From Octopus vulgaris (taxonomy: Eukaryota): a stretch of 64,000 bases of DNA. The position numbers and the translations under genes are program-made. Positions within the stretch are counted from its first letter, which is position 1; each line of letters starts with the position of its first letter. The stretch is from the NCBI GenBank assembly GCA_951406725.2, contig OX597823.1:11160001-11224000 (forward strand), read 5' to 3'. The notes under the pieces were generated by a model that saw only the letters and a program-made list of their open reading frames with translations, searched no databases and was not told the DNA's origin. Below are positions 52,460 through 64,000 of the stretch, piece by piece.

Positions 52460-52465
<6 letters not shown>
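52223..52465 (-). mobile_element. RTE-type 3' UTR
   Basis: (cat)n-cgtttaacgtccg...ggatgcccttcctaacgccaaccactccg. Confidence 0.85.
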
Positions 52466-52493
<28 letters not shown>

Positions 52494-52553
52494 ATAATGG
52501 CAAAGTTGACCTCAGTAGGATCTGAACCAAGACCATAAAGGAAGACTAATATG

Positions 52554-52845
52554 TTTTGTTTTGGGATTTGGTTTGCAAGATTCTTTATATGAGTTGGTGT
52601 GTTGAAGCATTTTCAGTTGTTTCTGGGGAGAGTCATTCTCTTTTAGTGCCTTATTATTTAACACACTCACCGGTAAAATTTCCAGTTATTTCTTATTTTT
52701 ATTTTCTAAATTTTTCGTTGCGTCTTGCAACCTTTTCAATAGTCTTGACTCTAAAAATAAAAAAATAAGTGGAAATTTTACCGGTGAGTGTATTAAATAA
52801 TAAGGCACTAAATGAGAATGACTCTCCCCAGACACAACAGAAGAT
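52554..52845. mobile_element. Element with ~85-bp inverted repeats, asymmetric, with 9-bp flanking duplication
   Basis: IR gttgtttctggggagagtcattctc...caccggtaaaatttcca at 52616-52700 and 52752-52838; actaatatg at 52545-52553 and 52846-52854. Confidence 0.7.
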
Positions 52846-53547
52846 ACTAATATGGTTGTGCAGTTAAGAACTTGCCTTTGCAATTATATGTATATTTTAA
52901 TTTTGCTGAAAATTCATTGTAGGATAGAATTTGTGTGACAGATATATTTATTTATAGTCATCATTATTTCTATTTTTCCATGTTAACTAAATTTAGGAAG
53001 AGATGGAATACAGCATATAACTACTTAACAATACTATTTCATTTCTTGTGAGTGTCCCAACATCCTGGGTTCTGTCCTTACCATGTCTTCTCAGGTTTTC
53101 CCCTCAAGCTTTTTTTTGTTTTGCATGAGTACCCTCTTTTACCTTGCTTTCAAGAAGTCAACAAGTGACCAGTTGTTCAATATGCAAGAAATAGACAAAT
53201 TACCCTAAATTGTTGACTTAAAAAAAACAAAAAAACAAAGAATTCATTGAAAATTTTAGTCCTAGGTATACAAATATAGAGGACTATCATATTGGACCAC
53301 TTTTGATCATACATCTGTTTGATCAGACTTCACCTGGGTGCTATGCAATAACAACAATACTGCATATAAAATAGAAGTGGGCTGTTTTTCTTTTATCTGC
53401 AGTTCATTTCTGTTTACTATCTTGTTATTAATTAGTGTTCTAAAATTATTTGAAATATGATTATTTTGAATTACTTTTATATTATATATTTATAGGTGCA
53501 GGCATAATCATGTGGTTAATAATTTCATTTTATGAAATTTCATTTTA

Positions 53548-53836
53548 TAAAAAGCACCATCCGATCGTGGCCGTTGCCAGCCTCGCCTGGCCCCCGTGCT
53601 GGTGGCACATAAAAAGCACCATCCGTCCGTGGCCATTTGCCAGCTCCTGTGCGGGTGGCAGGTAAAAAGCACCCACTACACTCACGGAGTGGTTGGCATT
53701 AGGAAGGGCATCCAGCCGTAGAAACACTGCCAGATCAGACTGGGCCTGATGCAGCCTTCTGGCTTCACAGACCCCAGTTGAACCATCCGACCCATGCTAG
53801 CATGGAAAGCAGATGCTAAATGATGATGATGATGAT
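53548..53836 (+). mobile_element. RTE-type 3' UTR with internal tandem units, nested in a decayed SINE A head
   Basis: Three taaaaagcacc motifs ~55-60 bp apart, then the common UTR end and (tga)n; SINE A remnants at ~53494-53520 and ~53837-53945. Confidence 0.82.
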
Positions 53837-56472
53837 CTCACTGTGCAGCAGCTTGGCCAAATGTTTTCTACCATAACCTTGGGCTGGCGAAGACCTTGTA
53901 AATAAAATTTGGTAGACAGAAACTGTAATGTAGCCTGTTAGATATGTATGTGTGTGTGTGCACACATGCACTTGTTTGTGTACCTGTATTTCTCTGAGAA
54001 ATGGCAATATTGCTCACCGGCAAACAAAAGAACTTTGTGCTATTTAGTTGCACCCCATAACGTTCCATTTACATATTGACCTGCAAACAACAGTTGATTC
54101 CAGTCCTGTTAGTGAACCTGTAGCTTCTCTTTTCTGTCTCAAATAGGTATTTGCAATGTATAATATTATCTTTCTTCTTCCTTATTAAAAATCTCCTCAT
54201 CTATGAATATGAACTCCTCAAGTATGATTGTACGATCAATCACTGTTTGATTAAGAATTATCCTATGGCTTTTGAATGATCATTTCATTGATTGTAGATC
54301 CTTTCTACTATAGGTTTACTATTAATAACAAATAGAGTGCATATCATCTGATTTAATGAGGCAATTAAAATCAATTATTAATTACCATTTATCTTTGAAG
54401 AAGGGCCTACCTGATACATCAGAACATAACTCTTTACAGTAAGCACAAAAACTTCTTTTCTTTTAGATATTTTATTTATTTGCCTTTTGGTGAAGTAGTC
54501 ATTAGTTTTCTTTGACTCTAAGTTTCTGTTTTATTTTTTTCATCATTATTAAACTGCTTTGGAAATTTTGCCATGTGATTATCATTTGTGCAATAATACA
54601 TTTCTAACTACAGGGATAAATATAAAGACCATCGTACTGTCTTTATATCTATCTGAGACATTTTATTATAACAAAGTAAAAGTTAATTATTCTAGCAAAT
54701 GAGATAATTTTCTTTTAAAATAAAAATTCTCTTACAACAAGCTTCCTGTTACAAGAGTTTGAGTATTTTAAGGAGGAGTGAAGCAACCATTGATTGTCAT
54801 TAAATTTGAATGGTGACCTTTTTTGTATAAAGTAAATATAAATATTTACAATTGTTGATACTTACCTACTTTCTAATGTAATAGAATATGTGTGGCTAAG
54901 GAATTTCCAATTTGTTACATATTCCAGTGAATAAATTCTTTGTAGTGTTATCAAATAATGAATTCTTAGTATGACACTTAATTGAAGCACATTTCTGGAT
55001 TATCACTCCAAATATCAGTTGGCTGTTGATAGGGACAAATAGACAGTAATTATCCTGGTAATGATCCAAATCTACTCCAGCTAAACTTTTGTGCCAATTA
55101 TAAGACATGAAATTAATTAATTGAGTTCTCTCAATGATTGCAGTTACATTAGCTGCACTCAATATTTGAAATGACCTGTTATTTTTATTTCTAGTTGTCA
55201 AATTAGGATCCCTAGAGAAATTCTTTCTCATCATCTAGAGGACATTTTAAATTGTAATAAACTCTATAAAAAATTGTTTAGTGCTAGCAAATCCCATAAC
55301 AATTTGAAAAAGATAAATTGTGCTTGAAGTCACCACAATATATATTTGTTATATTTTAACACACACACACACAACTGTAGTGTATTTGATCAATTTAGAC
55401 AACTGTGCATGCAAAATTTTTCCATTCTTCAACCTGCATGTGCCAGTACACCTATACTCACATGCAAGTACATACTTACATTACTTCTAGCCAAGCTAGA
55501 AATTATGGCTAAATCTCCTTCAGATTACATCTTACAATCTGAAATAAAGATAGAGACATTTAGACAATAAAGATACTGTTTATACAAAAAACTAGTATGG
55601 TTACAGATGAAAAGCATTCTGCTTAATTGAGGCTGACTTAGGACTAAGCCACCACACTTAGCACATATCCATGCACATTTTAATGAGTTAGCAGTAGCAA
55701 GTCAGAGCCAATCTTTCACTAATCATTAAATCAGTAAAATATATTGATAAACAAGTAAATATATTGACAAGAGTAATATTCATTTCTATTCCCTTTAACA
55801 CAATCTAATATGAATCAATTATGAAATCTCACTATGGTTGCAACCTGCTAAAAAAGAATAGCTTAATCTACCATAATTCATGTCTCATCATCTTAAAAGA
55901 CTAGATGGTCGTTTTAATTCATGTACCAGGTAAACACTGTTACTTAGCCCTAGGCATCCTTTTGTGGAGTCCTCTCTATTGTATGTATGTGATCTAGGTC
56001 CCAAGACAGAACTTTTTCCTTTCCTCCTGTTGTTAACAAAGGTTCTGTAAAAAAGTGGTAACAACTGCCCTTCCTCTTCTGACTAAAACTATGCAAGTTT
56101 TCTTTCACTTCTTTACTACCTCAATATCCATTTTAATTATTCAAAGCAGAAATTAATATATTTACTTACTAACAAAATAATGCATCTTAATTTATTGTTA
56201 TTAATTCCCAAATATTGGAGATGCTTAGAAAATATATAATAAAAATTAGGTACTTTTATGGAAAATCAAGTGTTACGCAACCTTTAAAATCTTAAATGAC
56301 CATTCCTAAGAGAGTTCTACAGGTCGCTAAACATAGTGAAAACAGCAGCCAAATTTATCTCCAGTTACATCTTATTATCTTGTTGGACACATTGGATGAT
56401 GTATTTCAGATAGACTTTATGTGAGCAAATTAAGGACTGAAGGAGCTTTGATCATAGGTTTAACATTTCAAC

Positions 56473-56689
56473 TTGACCCTTTAGCCATATTCAGCCAAAG
56501 TTTTCTATCTGTTTTATATTCAAGCTGGTCAGATCCATCCTCTCACAGCTGCCTGACAATGTTATTCTAAAAATACAAAAACACATCATCAAAATCTTGA
56601 AGCTACAAGTTAAATGCATGATTAATTCAAAACAATGTGAATAAATAAGCATTACATTTGACTGAGTAACCTAAATGCTAAAGGGCTAA
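56473..56689 (+). mobile_element. piggyBac-type MITE, decayed
   Basis: ttga-ccctttagcc...tgctaaaggg-ctaa; internal similarity to the other copies. Confidence 0.7.
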
Positions 56690-56707
56690 AATGAACTGGA
56701 GCTGTCA

Positions 56708-56903
56708 AGGGAGCCTCTATATGGTCGTTTAGCTTGTTAGAAATAGCAACCAAAAGCTATATCAAATTCTACTCTATTGTTTTAAGGAAAGACAGACATA
56801 CTGGACAATGTAGCCCCTAATATATAAAAGATGGGCTGGTTACTGCTGGAATGACTTTGACCATAGGTTTGCTTTATTAGGGCTATTCTAGGGATAAAGA
56901 ACT
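56708..56903 (+). repeat. Old ~200-bp dispersed repeat 'family X' (most complete copy)
   Basis: Motifs tagaaatagcaRccaaa / ggaYaatgtagYcct / gctggaatg..tttgaYcatagg recur at about 18 sites. Confidence 0.7.
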
Positions 56904-58984
56904 AAAAGTAAAGTCATTTAAAAGCTTCTTAAAATAGGGATATTTTCCACTGCTAATTTAATACACTTTTAAAAATTTGTTCACCGCACTCAAATGATTG
57001 AAACAAGTAAAAGTATAAAAGAAAACATACTAAAAACAACTTCAGTGAAAGAGCTAAAATCTTGAAATTATTTCCCCTCTTCTTTCAAACTTATAAACCA
57101 TTATTACTAGGTTTTAATTTTCTTTCCCAGTGAATAATGAAGTTTTAGTTAGTTAAGAATTTCTCTTGCAAGGCTTTTAATACATCATCACTCATTAATT
57201 TAATTAAGCAAAAAAAAAAAAAAGAAAGGCATTTTATTTCTCATCAGGTAGTTCTTTAAATTATACTTGATTGACATAATAAAGCAATGTAATTCTTTTT
57301 ATGAGATATCATCTTTTCTTAAGATGGAAAAATTTTGAGAAAGACAGAAACACGATGCATTTTTATTTCTCTTCTGCCTTTGTAAGAATTCAATATTGTT
57401 TTGTTATAATATTTGCTGCAGCATCAGTAATAATATTAAATATCATGAAGCCAAATTATATTCCCAGTTGATTGCAATCAAATTCTTGAAATTAATGATA
57501 TCCACTTACTTTATAAAGTTACTTTTTAAGATATTCATATGGATATTTTACATGAATTGCTTAAAGGAAAACCATTAAATATTGATAGAATTTCTTTTAA
57601 AATAAGTTTGCAAAGATTAATAGAAGGACTGTTATTGTTGTTTTTCTAACACTCCTATTCTAGACAATAATTGGATGAAGTTACTGTTGTTGAGTTGTTG
57701 TAAAGCAGATTGATAACTTAGAGATGTCCTGATAAACCTTTAAAATGATCTATAAATTTGTACCACAAACATATAAAGGCCTGGTTTGTTGACTTGCATT
57801 GAATTTTGTGTTCTGATAGATATGGAGCATCTCATTGTAAGCTTTTTCTCCCAAGATTTTAGTGTGAATGGTATGAATGAATGGATAATAGATGTTTGAA
57901 GTGGGAAGTGTCCTAAAAAGATGAAAACCTTACAAAAAAGGGGTACTTAGTTAGGAGTTTAAAGACAAAACACAATGGAGCTGACGAGAAGAATAGAGAG
58001 GATGAGTTTAGACTGGAATAGTTTCTAATAATAAAGCAGAAACTGCTGTATTAGTAATAGTTATTGTTTATCCCCAATTTAACCTCGATTGAGTAGACCT
58101 ACAATCTAAAGCATTCAAGCTATGGCAGCCCTTTGTTTTTTTCTAGGCAGTAAACTACATAAGCTAATGTCTTTTCTCTAAAAAAGTAAGGCTTAATTAG
58201 AAGATTTGGCTGCTCTACTTGACAGATTTAGAAGACCATTTAACAGGTGGTAAAGGAACTGTTTCAATATCAAGAGCAAATCACAAGTACAAAAGAGCCT
58301 GCAGAAATGCATGGTTCTTAAGAAAAATAATGAACCATTAAATTTACATTTTTAAGGATACATATTAAATTGTTGCTTTTGGCCTTAAGACAAATATTAA
58401 GTTATTGTTTTGAACCTAAGGCTTTTTTCTTTTCTTCTATTGGCTCATGCTGTATTATTAATAGAAGTGATAGGGAAGGTAAAATTTGATGCCAGAAAGT
58501 TGTGGCTGGATTAAAATAATTTGATATACTTCTGTAATATGAAATCAGTTTATAAATCATAAAATATCAAGTACATGAATTGAGAACTTGTGTTAAAACA
58601 TAACTTAGGTGGTCGGTCAACAGTTACTTGTCTTTCCATGATCAAAGATTTTGCCCACATGAAGATGAATTAATTTAAAATTTTATAAACTACTGATCTT
58701 ATCTTCCTGTCTTTTTAGCAGTGAGCCAAAGAGAGAGCTGCTGAGTAATTGCTTGATCTGATAGTAATCAAATTATCTTCAAATCGTACCCTACCTCCTT
58801 AAATAGTCCAATGCAACATCATGTCTGAAAATCAAAAGAGGAGATAGTCACTGCCTGGAATACCTTTGATTGTAGATCAAAGCTGACCTGAAGCTGAACA
58901 ACAAGAAAATTTTTATCAATCTTTTCTTAGATCTTCTTCAGATATTTTATTCTAATACACATGCACACATTCACAAACTTACAC

Positions 58985-59030
<46 letters not shown>

Positions 59031-59975
59031 TGTTTTGATGAAGTTATAAAAAAAGAACACACTTCATTTTAAACATATAGTAGATATTTGTTAATTTCAA
59101 TTCTGACCTCTCAACTAGCTACCTGTTTCCCTGTGTAAACACAGTATCATCAGAGATCAGAATATACATATAAAAGGTTTTCACATCATTTATAGTAGTT
59201 GTAGGATATTTAAAAATTTGCTTATATGAGTATTTTGACCTCTTTATTTGATGATCCTGTCTTTACAGAGGGAAGCGGGTAGGTAGTTGTTAGGTCTAAA
59301 TCAGGGGTGGAGAAACTTTTTAGTGTGGTGGGCAAAAATCTCCAAAGAAAACAGTCCACAGACAGAGATGGATATAAATAATTTTTACACTGTATCTTCT
59401 ACAATCTTTCAGCTTTTGTTTCATATAAAATTTATTTTGATACATGCAATATATTTAAAATTTTCTCAGCTAGAGTGTAGTTGGGTCTCAAGGGGATGGT
59501 ACAAACCTAGCAATATGTGTTTTATAATGGAAACAAAATTTCCATTCAAATGGTAATTACTGGACGATTTCTGTTCAAGTTTGACCACTTTCACTCATTG
59601 TAGAAATGCGAGCTATGTCGCAAATAGGCATATGGGTATTGTATAAATTTTACAATTGAAAACTTTACTATATTTTATATGTGCTCCAGCATGGGTACAG
59701 TCAAATGACTGAAACAAATAAAAGAGTAAAAGAATACAGTATGTCAGCCTGTGGGTGCAATAAAATGCATTCATGGGGCGCAATTGCACCAGCAAGCAGG
59801 GTGTTTCCCTACCTCTGGTCTAAATCAAAACAAAATAGTGACTTCACTAGTGCTGGTGCCATGAAAAAAAGGACCCAGTACTTGCTGTAAAGTGGTTGGA
59901 AGAGCATTTAGCCAGAGAAACTATATCAAAGCAGATGTTAGTACATGCTGCAGTCACTAAGCGTGGAACACACAT

Positions 59976-60019
<44 letters not shown>

Positions 60020-61039
60020 AAAGACAGAGAAAGGGAGAGATAGGGGAAGCAAGAAAAAAATTTGAGTGTACCATTATCTCTCAGTCAGTGAGAGAGAACA
60101 TACCATGGTTGAAAAGTAAACTTTGTGAGATGTGGGGGGAATTACACACATGCACACACACACATACATGTTCCTAAATAGTGTGAGTACTTTGAACTTT
60201 ATTTTTGACATAAGATCTCAACACTAAATTTGCAGTTCCTACAATATTCACTAATCAAATTTTGGGGTCTAAAAAAGCCTTATATGTGGAATTTGATAGA
60301 CAGGAACCTATCAAAAGATTCATTCCTTATTTTGTGCTATAGCAGATTTAATCCATTTCCCAGTTTAACAGCACCTTATGAGTACCTTTAGCAGAGTACA
60401 CTCAGCTGCAAGCATTCATGCCTGTTTTAGGGTAACTTCCACCCACCAGTTATAGGGCCCTTAATAGAAATCATTATGCCGAACTGAATAATGTTTAGCT
60501 CATTATGATGATTATGATAATGATGTGAACTATTTAGCGCTATAAATATTGCCTCTTTAATTCTATTTTAGTTTCCACAAGGGTTTTATCACTAATGGAA
60601 GCTCTACTCCATAGCAATATTTAATTTTTCTTCTCTCACAATACTTGTTCTATTGTTATTCTCGGTTTTAATGCTTTCTCCTTAATGAGATCTCAGTGAT
60701 TTTTCTTCTATTTTGAGGTTAACTTCCTTTGTAAGATTTTCTGCATACATTTCATCCTATATAAAAATGAAGATTTCCATACTGAATGCTAACTGAGAGC
60801 TGACACTTATCAATAGCTTCTTATCTCACTACTGCTGCATTGTATGAACATGCTAGCATGACTTTCACACAGCCAGTGAATTACATGTTAGATTAATCTA
60901 CAATTACTTCTTCCCTCTGCTTCTAATCTTATAAATACCGTGCATTCATAGCATTAGAAACTTTAATACTTCAACATGTAAGGTAGTTTTAATTAAAAAA
61001 TATTTTTTTCCTAATTATAATATTAAAAGTCTTAAAAAT

Positions 61040-61120
61040 AAGAAACTAAAGAAAAAGAAGCAAAAACAAGAAACTAAAGAAAATGAAGCAAAAACAAGAA
61101 ACTAAAGAAAAAGAAGCAAA
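61040..61120. repeat. 28-bp tandem repeat x3
   Basis: aagaaactaaagaaaa(a/t)gaagcaaaaac. Confidence 0.9.
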
Positions 61121-61718
61121 CTCTATTAACACTATTTCATAATTTCTTTTCATCTAATTATCTCCCCCCCACCTCTCCCAGTTTTTTTATCTCTAATTTT
61201 CTTTTGCATTGAAAATGAAAGTTAAAGGAATTTTATTCTAAGAAGAGATAACACTTGAATTGAAAGGAATATTACAGTTATGAAAGAAAATATAACAATT
61301 GGTTCTCAGGCTTCAGATTTTGAAAATAAAAGTTTTGAAATAGAAAATTAATATGCACTTAATAATTGATCTTGGAAATAAATTCTCAGTATGTTGCCAT
61401 ATTTTGTATGTTGTTATCTTTAAATGGTTAGTTTGAATCATCAGGTGAACCACATAAGATATGAGATATTGTAAAATGATTTTACAGTTTGCCAGATATC
61501 TTGTTAATTGGCTGAAAGATAAGAGAAATTAAGCATCAGCTGTGAATTAATATTGGATTTACATTGCTTATTTAGATTTTCTCTATCTTATCATCTGTCA
61601 CTAGTGATACCCTTGTAATATAATTGACTTAATGAGTAGATTATTAAAGAATTCTTACAAGCACACCTGTGTAAAGTGTTAACATGTAAGCAATATCAAC
61701 AAATACTTTTGTCTGGCA

Positions 61719-61907
<189 letters not shown>

Positions 61908-62459
61908 AATCTTTTCATTAAATAATACTAAAAATAATGAAAGATCTACATTGTTTAGTTTCTGCTCTATTTATCAATCTAAGGGTAGTTCCAGAGTGAT
62001 AAACAGTAGTACAAAATGGTAAAAATATATTATTAGTTTAGAAAATATTTAGATTCAATGAAAAAAAAAAATTTTTTTGAAGTTTGATATAGGAAATTTT
62101 GCTGATAATTTTTAGCAATTTATTTCATATTTTGAGATCATAATGTTCTGTATTGTTTCTTATTTGATTTCTATAGAAGGTAGATTCATGAAGCTATCTT
62201 GGGAAAATTAGGAAAAATTTTCCAAATAAGGTGGTTAAATGTTAATACTTTTGTAAATTAGAACAAATATGTATACTTTTCCATTAGCAGAATGAGGATG
62301 CAAGCAGACCAGTGTGAAGGTGGTTGTTGGTTTTTAGCTCTTGATCAAGTAGACCAATGGTCAAAAGCATTCTAGATCCCATCTCTCCGCTGGTAGTTTA
62401 TGCATTGTGTTTTAAAAAACTAAATTATTTAATGTAACTTTTTTTTAAAAATTTATTCT

Positions 62460-62688
62460 TTTTCATTCTTCTACTTGTTTCGGTCATTGTACTGTGGCAC
62501 TGCTAGGACACAAGGGCTTAGTTGATCAAATCAACCCCAGTACTTATATTGAGTTTAGTACTTGTCCTTTTGGTCTCTTTTGTAAAACTTCTAAGTTACA
62601 AAGACATAAACAGTCCAAAACTAATTGTCAAGCAGGCTGAGACAAACACACATACATACGCACGCACACACATACACACACATGCACA

Positions 62689-62725
<37 letters not shown>

Positions 62726-62790
62726 ACATTAATACTTGGATTCCCTTTCTTCAGGAAATCTACTGAGAAGCATTTTGTCCAGTGTGGTAA
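62460..62790 (-). mobile_element. SINE family A, highly diverged
   Basis: ctacttgtttcggtcattgtactgtggc...tttggtctcttttgtaaaacttctaagttac...ttgtcaagc. Confidence 0.6.
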
Positions 62791-64000
62791 CAGTTCTGTT
62801 AGCTCATGGTAAAAGTAGTAACAACAACTACAATAATAAATACATTCACATAATTAAATCTTTAAGCAAATATTCTTCTGTTATAAATATTAGAGAGAGG
62901 AAATGGGATGGGTGGTACCTGAGAAATCACTTCCAATTGTTTTCTAATATAGCCATACAAAGAGTGTCAGGCAGTTTCACCTTGATGTTACCATGGTGAC
63001 TGATCCAAACAAACACAACTGTAAGGAGATCATATTCATGAGGTTAACTACTTCAGGTTGCAAATCAATTTGGAAGTAAGCTTATCAAGAATATGATACA
63101 GAAATGTTAAAATTATATTAGTACATCACTGAGAAGTTTCATGGCTTACAAGACTTTTGTGTTTGTGAAGTCAACTACTACAAACCTATCATTTTCATTA
63201 AGGCATATAAAATATTTTCTCGGATAAATGATCTATAGTTTCTGATGTCATAAACAATCGATAGTACTGCTGCAGATAGACGTGTGGTGGTAGTGATAGT
63301 AATAACGGAGGTGTTTGTGGAGTTGATTGACTTTTGCTGTACTTGAAAGAGAAAATAAGTCTTGATAATTGAATATAGTTGAGATTGAAAGTAACTTTTT
63401 AGATTGAGTTTTTTCAGAAATAATGTGTTATAATTTTTTTCTCTGTGAGAAAATAATTATTTCCATTCATATGATTTGCTAAAATATAAAATAACCTTTC
63501 TAATATTGATATAAGTCCTAGTCAAGTACATATGTGTGCGTTTTTATTGATTCTGTCCTCATCCCATCAAAAACATTTTAAGCCTTGAGCCAATGTTAGA
63601 AATCAATATTGATTTGTTTTAACTAGATAAAAGTGCATATTTTTGTGAGGGATTTGGTCGGTTGAAAGACTCAAGTATATGACAGCTACTAGTGTTTATT
63701 TTATCAACAGCAAATGAATAAAAGCCTCAGTCAATTCCTATGTGATTCAAACTTTGGATGTTGAAGACTGGTACCATGTATTACACTTTTAAAAAATATT
63801 ACTTTTTTTTCCTCTAATTTGGTACAAAGTTATTTTTCAAAAAGAAAGGTTACTTTGAAAACCCTGTAACCTTTTATCCTTGAAGAGATAAATGGAATTC
63901 TAAATCCAAAGAGATGGAAATAAATCTTGTTAGTCATTTCATCTAGCAAGCTATCATTTCTGTCAGAGAATTTCCATATAGTCACTGAATCTGCTAGAAA

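Noticed and set aside
54896-55234. 112-aa non-repeat ORF (likewise 24038-24271, 9968-10219 and 43669-43950)
   Set aside because: No recognisable motif or splice context; such lengths occur by chance over 64 kb in six frames.
59302-59595. Possible hAT MITE (caggggtggagaaac ... gtttgaccactttc)
   Set aside because: Termini too decayed, with no TSD or second copy to support it.
61040-61120. 28-bp repeats (also 13076-13140) as a CRISPR array
   Set aside because: Head-to-tail with no spacers, eukaryotic context, no cas genes.

Overview
AT-rich, microsatellite-dense eukaryotic non-coding DNA (intron or intergenic). The repeat inventory fits an octopus (coleoid cephalopod) genome; this is recognition from memory, not a database result. 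No complete host gene is visible, and most ORF-track entries are translations of (TA)n/(TG)n/(AAT)n or of SINEs. The window holds three tRNA-derived SINE families (A about 410 bp, B about 230 bp, C about 380 bp) and a young CR1-clade LINE (one 337-aa uninterrupted RT C-terminus plus five shorter 3' ends). It also holds several RTE-clade LINE fragments, four copies of a non-autonomous Helitron, four copies of a TTAA/piggyBac-type MITE and about 18 copies of an old ~200-bp repeat ('family X'). The least explained signals are: a 252-bp CpG-rich, self-complementary insertion with a 10-bp target duplication (898-1149); long hairpins/palindromes, mostly in TA microsatellites (13482-13572, 30271-30378, 30462-30886 split by an RTE insertion, 31087-31156, 52616-52838); a CpG-decayed hammerhead-like motif (19284-19316); and weak minus-strand exon candidates. 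Coordinates were read by eye and may be off by a few bases.
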